Part shown: positions 39,394 to 46,764 of the stretch, in pieces
How positions within the stretch are numbered: position 1 is the first letter of the stretch
How the letters are laid out: every line of letters starts with the position of its first letter
Assembly (NCBI GenBank): GCA_964384915.1
Contig: CAYLMA010000001.1
Location: forward strand, 120,225-184,224
Direction: 5' to 3'
DNA length: 64,000 nucleotides
Source of the DNA: an uncultured Sulfuricella sp.
Lineage (GTDB): Bacteria; Pseudomonadota; Gammaproteobacteria; Burkholderiales; Sulfuricellaceae
Position numbers and translations under genes: made by a program
Notes under the pieces: model-generated
What the model was told of the DNA's origin: nothing
The model's input: the letters and a program-made list of their open reading frames with translations, nothing else
Databases searched by the model: none

Positions 39394-42267
39394 ATGAACG
39401 CTCAAGTGAAGTTTGAGAATCACGACCAGCAGGAAGTCAAATACACGACCTGCTACATGTGCGCCTGCCGTTGCGGCATCAAGGTCACACTGGAAGACAA
39501 CAAGGTGCGCTTCATCCAGGGCAACCGCAACCACCCGACCAACCAGGGCGTGCTGTGCGCCAAGGGCTCGGCCGGCATCATGAAGCAGTACTCCGCCGCC
39601 AAGCTCAAGAAGCCGCTCATCCGCAAGGCCGGTTCGCCGCGCGGCTCGGGCGAGTTCGAGGAGATCGAATGGGAACAGGCGCTCGGCCTCTTGACCTTCC
39701 GCCTGCAGCGTATCCGCGAGACCGACCCCACCAAGCTCGCCTTCTTCACCGGCCGCGACCAGATGCAGGCCCTCACCGGCCTTTGGGCGCAACAGTTCGG
39801 GACCCCCAACTGGGCGGCCCACGGCGGCTTCTGCTCGGTCAACATGGCGGTGGCCGGCCTGTATTCGATCGGCTTCTCCTTCTGGGAGTTCGGCGCCCCC
39901 GACTGGGATTACGCCAAGTACTTCATCATGTGGGGCGTGGCGGAAGACCATTCCTCCAACCCGATCAAGATCGGCCTGGAGAAACTCAAGCGCCACGGCG
40001 GCAAGTTCGTGTCCGTCAACCCGGTGCGCACCGGCTATTCCGCCATCGCCGACGAATGGATACCGATCCGCCCCGGCACCGACGGCCTGCTCGCCATGTC
40101 CATCGTGCACGTGCTCTTGTCGCGCGAGCTGTTCGATTACGAATTCCTCATCCGCTACACCAATTCGCCCTGGCTGGTGGTGCAGACCCCAGGCAAGGTC
40201 GGTGACGGCCTGTTCCTGCGCGACGCGGACAACAATCCGCTGGTGTGGGACCTGGAAAAGCAGACCTTCGTCAGCGGCGCGGATGCGGACATCGCCCCGG
40301 CCCTGTTCGGCGAATTCACCGCGCCCGACGGCCGCCAGGTCAAGACCGTCATGTCCGTGACAGCGGAACGCTACCTCGACGAGCGCTATTCCCCGGCCAA
40401 CGTGGCGCGCGAATGCGGCGTATCCGCCGAAGCCATCGAGCGCATGGCGCTGGAAATGGCCCATGTCGCGTTCAAGGAAACGGTGGAACTGGACATCGAG
40501 TGGACCGACATCTACGGGCGCAAGCACGACAAGGTGATCGGCCGCCCGGTGGCGATGTACGCCATGCGCGGCATCGCCGCGCACTCCAACGGCTTCCACA
40601 CCTGCCGCGCGATCCACATGATCCAGATCCTGCTCGGCGCGCTGGATGGCCCCGGCAATTTCCGCGCCCGCGCGCCCTACCCGAAGCCGATTCCGCCGCA
40701 CCAGTTGCCGGAAAACAACCTCGACCTGATCCATGCTCCGCACACCGCGCTGTCGCGTCCGCCGCTGGGCTTCCCCACGCGGCCGGAAGACCTGGTGATC
40801 GACGGCGAGGGCAACCCGGTGCGCATCGACAAGGCTTACTCCTGGGAAAGCCCGATGTCGAGCCACGGCCTGATGCACATGGTGATCACCAACGCCACCA
40901 ACCACGACCCCTATTCGCTGGACACCCTGATCCTGTTCATGGCCAACATGGCGTGGAACTCGACCATGAACACCAAGAACGTGCAGCAGATGCTGACCGA
41001 ACTGGACCCGGACGAGCCCGGCATGATGTACAAGATCCCGTTCCTGGTGGTGGCGGACGCCTTCCACTCGGAAATGGTCAATTTCGCCGACCTGGTGCTG
41101 CCGGATACCACCTACCTGGAGCGTTTCGATACGATCTCCCTGCTCGATCGCCCGATTTCCGAGCCGGATGCGGCCGCGGACGCCATCCGCCACCCGCTGA
41201 TCAAGACGGAGAACGACGTGCGGCCGTGGCAGGAAGTGCTGGTGGAGCTGGCCTCGCGCCTGAAATTCCCGGCCTTCACCAAGCCGGACGGCACGCGCAA
41301 GTTCAGCGGCTACAAGGACTTCATCGTCAACTACGAGCGTTCGCCCGGCATCGGCTTCCTCGCCGGCTGGCGCGGCAAGGACGGCGACAAGTCGCTCAAG
41401 GGCGAGCCCAACCCCAATCAGTGGGAGAAATACATCGAGAACCAGTCGTTCTTCGCCCACCACTGGCCGGACAGCCAGAAATACATGCGCTTCGCCAACA
41501 AGGACTACCTGGAAGTCGCGGCGGACGTGGGTTTCGTCGGCAAGGCCGAACCGATCGTGATGCAGATCTACTCCGAGCCCTTGCAGAAATTCCGCCTCGC
41601 CGGCCAGGGCCTGTACGACGGCCCGCAGCCGCACAACCAGACCGACCGCGAGCGCCTAGCGAAATACTTCGACCCGCTGCCGATGTGGTACGAGCCGCTG
41701 GAAAGCGAGCGCACCGACAAGAAAGAGTACCCTTTCCACGCCATCACCCAGCGTCCCATGTTCATGTACCACTCCTGGGATTCGCAGAACGTGTGGCTGC
41801 GCCAGATCCAGGCGCAGAACTTCATGTTCATGAACGCGGGCCAGGCCGAGCGCATGGGCCTCAAGGATTTCGACTGGATCTGGGTGGAGTCGCTCAACGG
41901 CAAGATCCGCTGCCAGATGAAGACCATGGAAGGCTGCCAGGAAGACACCATCTGGACCTGGAACGCCATCGGCAAGCAGGGCGGCGCCTGGGGCCTGAAG
42001 CCGGACGCTTCCGAAGCGAAAAAAGGCTTCCTGCTCAACCATCTCATCTCCGAACTGCTGCCGCCCAAGCAGGGCGAGCGCCGCCTCACCAACTCCGACC
42101 CGGTCACCGGCCAGGCAGCGTGGTTCGACCTGCGCGTGAAGCTATGGAAGGCCGCTCCAGGCGAGGAAGGCAGTTGGCCGGAATTCCCCGCGCTCAAGCC
42201 CTTGCCATGGGATAGCGGCGAGCGTCCGGACATCCTGCGCTACGACGCAAAAACCGACCGTAAATAG
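39394..42267 (+). CDS. soeA: Molybdopterin (bis-MGD) oxidoreductase catalytic subunit without Tat signal, SoeA-like cytoplasmic sulfite dehydrogenase
   Basis: N-terminal FeS motif CYMCACRCG...LCAKG. No twin-arginine leader. Size (957 aa) and the A-B-C subunit set match what is described for SoeABC. Sulfur-carrier genes lie downstream. Confidence 0.65.
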   Translation: MNAQVKFENHDQQEVKYTTCYMCACRCGIKVTLEDNKVRFIQGNRNHPTNQGVLCAKGSAGIMKQYSAAKLKKPLIRKAGSPRGSGEFEEIEWEQALGLLTFRLQRIRETDPTKLAFFTGRDQMQALTGLWAQQFGTPNWAAHGGFCSVNMAVAGLYSIGFSFWEFGAPDWDYAKYFIMWGVAEDHSSNPIKIGLEKLKRHGGKFVSVNPVRTGYSAIADEWIPIRPGTDGLLAMSIVHVLLSRELFDYEFLIRYTNSPWLVVQTPGKVGDGLFLRDADNNPLVWDLEKQTFVSGADADIAPALFGEFTAPDGRQVKTVMSVTAERYLDERYSPANVARECGVSAEAIERMALEMAHVAFKETVELDIEWTDIYGRKHDKVIGRPVAMYAMRGIAAHSNGFHTCRAIHMIQILLGALDGPGNFRARAPYPKPIPPHQLPENNLDLIHAPHTALSRPPLGFPTRPEDLVIDGEGNPVRIDKAYSWESPMSSHGLMHMVITNATNHDPYSLDTLILFMANMAWNSTMNTKNVQQMLTELDPDEPGMMYKIPFLVVADAFHSEMVNFADLVLPDTTYLERFDTISLLDRPISEPDAAADAIRHPLIKTENDVRPWQEVLVELASRLKFPAFTKPDGTRKFSGYKDFIVNYERSPGIGFLAGWRGKDGDKSLKGEPNPNQWEKYIENQSFFAHHWPDSQKYMRFANKDYLEVAADVGFVGKAEPIVMQIYSEPLQKFRLAGQGLYDGPQPHNQTDRERLAKYFDPLPMWYEPLESERTDKKEYPFHAITQRPMFMYHSWDSQNVWLRQIQAQNFMFMNAGQAERMGLKDFDWIWVESLNGKIRCQMKTMEGCQEDTIWTWNAIGKQGGAWGLKPDASEAKKGFLLNHLISELLPPKQGERRLTNSDPVTGQAAWFDLRVKLWKAAPGEEGSWPEFPALKPLPWDSGERPDILRYDAKTDRK

Positions 42268-42292
42268 AACTGGCGCAAAAGGATAAGAAACA

Positions 42293-42988
42293 ATGAGATT
42301 AGGCTTAGTGATTGATCTTGACGTTTGCGTCGGCTGCCACGCTTGCGCCATCGCCTGCAAACAGTGGAACGCTTCCGGCATGACCGGCGCGCTGACCGAC
42401 TACGAGCCCTACGGCGCGGAGCCGTCCGGGGTATGGTTCAACCGCATCCGCAGCTATGAAGTGGGCGAATACCCGGCCAGCAAGACCATCAACTTCCCCA
42501 TGTCGTGCATGCATTGCGAGGACGCGGCCTGCGTCACCGTGTGCCCGACCGGCGCGTCCTACAAGCGCGCCGAGGACGGCATCGTGCTGGTCGACCAGGA
42601 CAAGTGCATGGGCTGCAACTTCTGCTCCTGGGCCTGCCCGTATGGCGCCCGCGAACTGGACCGTTCCACCGGCACGATGAAGAAATGCACCCTGTGCGTG
42701 GACCGCATTTACGACCAGCAACTCGCGGTGGAGGATCGCCAGCCGGCCTGCGTCCTGACCTGCCCGGCCCATGCCCGCATGTTCGGCGATTTCGACGATC
42801 CCGAATCGGCCGTCAGCCGCACCGTGCGCGAGCGTAGCGGTTACCAGTTGATGCCCGAACTCGGCTACAACCCGACCAACCACTACCTGCCGCCGAGGAA
42901 GGCCAAGCCGATCCCGACAGAAAACCTGGGCAAGCCTGGTTTCAAGGAAAAACTGAAGACTTTCGTCAACAAGGTAGTGAAGAGGTAA
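42293..42988 (+). CDS. soeB: 4Fe-4S ferredoxin-type subunit (SoeB-like)
   Basis: Four Cys clusters: CVGCHACAIAC, CMHCEDAACVTVCP, CMGCNFCSWACP, CTLCVDR...C...CP. Confidence 0.65.
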   Translation: MRLGLVIDLDVCVGCHACAIACKQWNASGMTGALTDYEPYGAEPSGVWFNRIRSYEVGEYPASKTINFPMSCMHCEDAACVTVCPTGASYKRAEDGIVLVDQDKCMGCNFCSWACPYGARELDRSTGTMKKCTLCVDRIYDQQLAVEDRQPACVLTCPAHARMFGDFDDPESAVSRTVRERSGYQLMPELGYNPTNHYLPPRKAKPIPTENLGKPGFKEKLKTFVNKVVKR

Positions 42989-42989
42989 G

Positions 42990-43066
42990 CCGTGAAAAGT
43001 GAATCGTGAAATGCATAACGCACAAACGGATTTCACTTTTCACCCTTCACTTTTCACCCTTCACGG
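42990..43066. repeat. GTGAAN-periodic palindromic element (family A), intercistronic copy
   Basis: Left arm ccgtgaaaagtgaatcgtgaaat. Right arm atttcacttttcacccttcacttttcacccttcacgg includes a 14-nt tandem duplication. Lies between the soeB stop and the soeC start. Confidence 0.8.
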
Positions 43067-43076
43067 AGATTTACAA

Positions 43077-44003
43077 ATGCATCCAGCATTCAGCGTTATT
43101 TTCTTTACCGTCAGCTCAGGCGCCGGACTTGGCCTGTTTGCCCTGCTCGTGCTGGCCGACCTGTTCAAACTGGGCGGCGGGATGGCCCCGCAGGCGCTTC
43201 TCATGCCCGGCATTTTGGCCATCTTGCTGGTCGGGGGCGGTTTCCTGTCGTCCGTCTTCCACCTCGCCAATCCCAAGAACTCCTGGCGCGCCGTGATGCG
43301 CTTCCGCACGTCCTGGCTGTCGCGCGAAGGGGTGTTCGGCCTGCTGTTTTTCCCCTTTGCCGCCCTTTATCTTGGCCTCGCCTGGCTGGCGCCGGAAGGC
43401 TGGCTGGCGGTACGCTTTGTGTTCGGCATCATTGCACTGCTGCTGTCGTGGGCGGCCATCTTCAGCACCGGCATGATTTACGCCTGCCTGAAAACCATCC
43501 GCCAATGGAACACGCCCCTGACGCCCGCCAACTATCTGGCGCTGGGGCATTTCTCCGGCGTCCTGCTGCTGCTCGCCTTCCTCCCGCAGGAGAATCAGGG
43601 CCTGTTCGTGTTTCTGGCAATCGCCCTGCTGGCGGTCGCGGCCTTCCTCAAGGCGATCTATTATTTCTGGATCGTTGCGCCGCACATTTCATCCACCATC
43701 AACACGGCGACCGGCTTCAACCGCTCCAAAGTCAAGCTGCTTGATCAAGGGCACACCCACGGAACCTTCCTGACCCAGGAATTCGGCTTCCGGGTAGCGC
43801 GGAAATACCGCCTGATCCTAAAGGCTATCGTTTTCACAATTGCTTTTATTTTCCCACTGATGGTTCTGATCGGCACACCCACCCAGGGAGCGATGGTGAT
43901 GGCTGCAATCAGCGCCATGCTCGGGATGGTCGTTGAGCGCTGGCTGTTTTTCGCGGAAGCCCGCCACGTGGTCAATCTATACCATGGCGCGCAGCGCTGC
44001 TAA
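43077..44003 (+). CDS. soeC: Polytopic membrane anchor subunit (DmsC/NrfD-like, SoeC-like)
   Basis: About 8 hydrophobic helices. Start placed at the ATG at 43077, after a GGAG RBS; the track's GTG at 42999 would translate the repeat. Confidence 0.6.
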   Translation: MHPAFSVIFFTVSSGAGLGLFALLVLADLFKLGGGMAPQALLMPGILAILLVGGGFLSSVFHLANPKNSWRAVMRFRTSWLSREGVFGLLFFPFAALYLGLAWLAPEGWLAVRFVFGIIALLLSWAAIFSTGMIYACLKTIRQWNTPLTPANYLALGHFSGVLLLLAFLPQENQGLFVFLAIALLAVAAFLKAIYYFWIVAPHISSTINTATGFNRSKVKLLDQGHTHGTFLTQEFGFRVARKYRLILKAIVFTIAFIFPLMVLIGTPTQGAMVMAAISAMLGMVVERWLFFAEARHVVNLYHGAQRC

Positions 44004-44034
44004 GCAGACAAAAACATCCTGCTTAATGAATAGG

Positions 44035-44062
44035 TTGCATAAAAATAGAAATTTGGTATATT
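44035..44062 (+). promoter_or_regulatory. Candidate sigma70-type promoter for rhd-tusA-dsrE
   Basis: TTGCAT, 16-nt spacer, TATATT. Confidence 0.35.
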
Positions 44063-44105
44063 AGCAAGCTCTAAAGTTCAACCTGATTTATTGCAAGGAG
44101 AGATC

Positions 44106-44429
44106 ATGTTCGGCATTCAGGAAATCGATATTAGCGGACTCGAAAAACTGAAATCGGAAGGCAAGATCAAGCTGATCGACGTACGGTCGGAAGGTGAAGT
44201 CGCGCGCGGATATATTGAGGGAGCCGAGCATATTCCGATGCATCTCATCCCGCTCAAGGCCAACGAGTTTTGTGCGGAAACACCGACCGTATTTTATTGC
44301 CAGAGCGGCGCACGCTCGGGGCAAGTGACCGCCTTCATGTCGCAACAAGGTTTCCGCAACGTGATGAACCTGCAAGGCGGCATCATGGCGTGGATGCGCT
44401 CCGGCCAGATGCTGGCCAGCCCGTTCTAA
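44106..44429 (+). CDS. Single-domain rhodanese sulfurtransferase
   Basis: Active-site loop YCQSGARSG. AAGGAG RBS before the ATG at 44106. Confidence 0.85.
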   Translation: MFGIQEIDISGLEKLKSEGKIKLIDVRSEGEVARGYIEGAEHIPMHLIPLKANEFCAETPTVFYCQSGARSGQVTAFMSQQGFRNVMNLQGGIMAWMRSGQMLASPF

Positions 44430-44509
44430 ATTTTCGGTTGCATTAATTTCGCAAACTATAAATAATCCCCTTTTTCGATGGCAACAATTAACCTGCTTAG
44501 GAGACTTAC

Positions 44510-44737
44510 ATGAATGCTGATAAAGAACTGGACGCTCGCGGCCTGAACTGCCCCCTGCCGATTCTGCGCGCCAAGAAAGCCTTGGCCGAAATCGGTTCCG
44601 GCCAGGTACTGAAGATCCTGTCCACCGATCCAGGTTCCGTCAAAGACTTCCAGGCATTTGCCAAGCAGACCGGCAATGAATTGATGTCTTCCACTGAAGC
44701 CGGTGGCGAATACACTTTCTTCATGAAGAAAAAATAA
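44510..44737 (+). CDS. tusA: Sulfur carrier protein TusA
   Basis: LDARGLNCPLPIL (CPxP motif), 75 aa. Confidence 0.88.
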   Translation: MNADKELDARGLNCPLPILRAKKALAEIGSGQVLKILSTDPGSVKDFQAFAKQTGNELMSSTEAGGEYTFFMKKK

Positions 44738-44809
44738 TAAATAAAGCATTACGAACAGAAACAAGCGCCCACAAAAACTTATAACATCTATACGAGGGGT
44801 TTTTAAGAG

Positions 44810-45322
44810 ATGGATGATCAAAAGAAACTAACGATTATCGCCACCAAGGGGACGTTGGACTGGGCCTATCCGCCCTTTATTCTGGCATCCACCGCAGCGG
44901 CGCTGGGCTACGAAGCAACGATCTTCTTCACCTTCTACGGCCTGCAGTGCGTGCGCAAGGATTTGTCCTGCCTCAAGGTCAGCCCCTTGGGCAACCCCGG
45001 CATGCCCATGAAAATGCCATTCGGCCCGAAATGGTTCCGTGGCATCAATTGGAACATTCCAAACATCATCCAGGCTTCCATTCCCGGATATGAATCCCTT
45101 GCCACCACGCTGATGAAAAAAACCATCGCCAACAACGGTGTGGCGACTATCGCGGAATTGCGTGAACTGTGCCAGGAAGCGGAAGTCAAGTTCCTGGCCT
45201 GCCAGATGACGGTTGAGCTGTTTGGTTTCGAGCATAGCGACTTCATCGACGGCATCGAATATGTCGGCGCAGCCACCTACTTCGAGTACGGCGGCGAAGC
45301 AGACATCAGCCTGTTCATTTAA
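44810..45322 (+). CDS. DsrE2/DsrE3-type (DsrE/DsrF-like family) sulfur-relay protein
   Basis: KLTIIATKGTLDWAYPPFILASTAAALGYEATIFFTFYGL and conserved Cys in FLACQMT. The rhd-tusA-dsrE2 order is known from sulfur oxidisers. The subfamily is not resolved by eye. Confidence 0.65.
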   Translation: MDDQKKLTIIATKGTLDWAYPPFILASTAAALGYEATIFFTFYGLQCVRKDLSCLKVSPLGNPGMPMKMPFGPKWFRGINWNIPNIIQASIPGYESLATTLMKKTIANNGVATIAELRELCQEAEVKFLACQMTVELFGFEHSDFIDGIEYVGAATYFEYGGEADISLFI

Positions 45323-45338
45323 AGATCGGCTGGACCCG

Positions 45339-45367
45339 AAAAACCGGCCTTGCGCCGGTTTTTTTTC
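45339..45367 (+). terminator. Rho-independent terminator after the dsrE-like gene
   Basis: aaccggc-cttgc-gccggtt stem followed by a T run. Confidence 0.8.
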
Positions 45368-45400
45368 GTCCATACAATACCCATAACCGGCCAGCCCCTG

Positions 45401-45561
45401 GTGGTCTGCTTCGTAAATCAAGGAACATGATGAAAACGATGGATTCCGGCCCGTGGCAAGGCGCGAACCGCAGCAATAGCCACGCCTATTGCGAGGATGA
45501 GCAACGCCGCCACGGGCTGGAAGACGCGTTTTCATGTTCCGGCATTTGCGAAGCAGACCAC
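45401..45561. repeat. 161-nt concentric nested palindrome
   Basis: Outer arms gtggtctgcttcg (45401-13) / cgaagcagaccac (45549-61). Middle arms gaacatg(atg)aaaacg / cgttttcatgttc and cccgtggc / gccacggg. Centre gcaatag-ccacgc-ctattgc (45473-92). Confidence 0.75.
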
Positions 45562-45693
45562 TAGCTATGCCCATCACTCCAGATCCTTCTCACTGCACCG
45601 TTTCCGCACAAGAGTGACGCACTCCCTGTCTGCTGCATGGCATACTGCGCTCCAAGTTTGCTGCAACACCTCCAGAGACACCGAACAGGAACC

Positions 45694-46764
45694 ATGATGA
45701 AAAATCCAGCCCGTCCCCGCTATGCTGTTGCTGTCTGCCTGTGCGCCGCGCTCACTTTGCCTGCCTGCGCCAAGAAATCCGAAGAGAAGAAGTCTGGACC
45801 GCCACCGGCCGTCATCACGCTCACCCAGGCCCAGATCCGCACCATGCAGATTCTGGAGCAGTCGGTCGGAGAAGCGGACAGCTCGTCCGCGCCCAAGGTC
45901 GGGGCCGAAGTGGCTGGCCGCATCATCAAGGTAAGCGTGGACATCGGCGATCCTGTTAAAAAAGGGCAAGTGCTGGCCGAGATTGATCCCGCCGATTATT
46001 CAGCCGATGCCAAGCGGCTCGAAGCCCAGGCCGTCAGCCAGCGCAAGCTGACCGAACGCTACCGGGAACTGGCCAGCAAAGGCTTCATTTCACCGTCCGC
46101 GCTTGAGAGCCATGACGCTCAGGATGTTGCGGCGCGCGAACTGTACAACCGCGGCGCGAAGAACTTGTCGCGCACGCGCATCGTCTCCCCGGTGGACGGC
46201 AAGGTAGATAGCCGTTTCGTCTCGGCCGGGGACTGGATAGAGTTGGGCAAGCCGGTATTCCAGCTTTCCACCAGCGAGAATCTGCGCATTCGCCTGCCCT
46301 TCCCGGAAAGCGTCGCTCAGCGCATCAAGCCGGGCCAGGCGGTGACACTGTCCACACCCACCGCACCCGGCGCCAGCGTGCGCGGAAAAATCGAACAAGT
46401 GCTGCAGACGGTCGGGAGCACAAACCGAGCCTTCGAAGCAGTGGTCGAAGTGAAGAACCCGGGCGGCTGGAAACCCGGCGCTTCAGTCAATGGCGCCGTC
46501 ATCATCGAGGAACATGAACAGGCCGTGGTGGTGCCGGAGGTTAGCGTGGTGCTGCGCCCGGCCGGCAAGGTTGTCTACGTGATCGACAATGGCAAGGCCG
46601 TTCAGCACATCGTCACCACGGGCGTCATCCAGGATGGGCAGGTGGAAATCCTGCAAGGGCTCAAGGCGGGTGAACTGGTTGCCGTAGACGGCGCGGGTTT
46701 CCTCACGGACAAGGCCACCGTTAGCGTGAAGGAAAAGAACGCTAAAAAAGGCGAGCAGAAATGA
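45694..46764 (+). CDS. RND efflux periplasmic adaptor (membrane fusion protein)
   Basis: Lipoprotein-type signal ...LTLPAC, with HlyD/MFP barrel-sandwich and beta-barrel sequence. ATGA overlap with the RND pump gene. Confidence 0.85.
   Translation: MMKNPARPRYAVAVCLCAALTLPACAKKSEEKKSGPPPAVITLTQAQIRTMQILEQSVGEADSSSAPKVGAEVAGRIIKVSVDIGDPVKKGQVLAEIDPADYSADAKRLEAQAVSQRKLTERYRELASKGFISPSALESHDAQDVAARELYNRGAKNLSRTRIVSPVDGKVDSRFVSAGDWIELGKPVFQLSTSENLRIRLPFPESVAQRIKPGQAVTLSTPTAPGASVRGKIEQVLQTVGSTNRAFEAVVEVKNPGGWKPGASVNGAVIIEEHEQAVVVPEVSVVLRPAGKVVYVIDNGKAVQHIVTTGVIQDGQVEILQGLKAGELVAVDGAGFLTDKATVSVKEKNAKKGEQK

Noticed and set aside
39391-41634. 747-aa minus-strand ORF, plus the 656-aa alternative-frame ORF at 40245-42215, both overlapping the molybdoenzyme gene
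   Set aside because: Their translations are Arg/Ala/Gly/His-rich low-complexity strings typical of off-frame reading in GC-rich DNA. The plus-strand frame at 39394-42267 has clear Mo-enzyme motifs.
42999-43076. GTG-initiated N-terminal extension of soeC (MNREMHNAQTDFTFHPSLFTLHGDLQ)
   Set aside because: It translates the family-A repeat. A GGAG RBS precedes the ATG at 43077, which starts directly at the first TM helix.
45427-45564. 45-aa ORF (MMKTMDSGPWQG...) and its mirror ORF on the minus strand inside the 161-nt palindrome
   Set aside because: Both arise from the dyad symmetry. There is no RBS and the composition is not protein-like.
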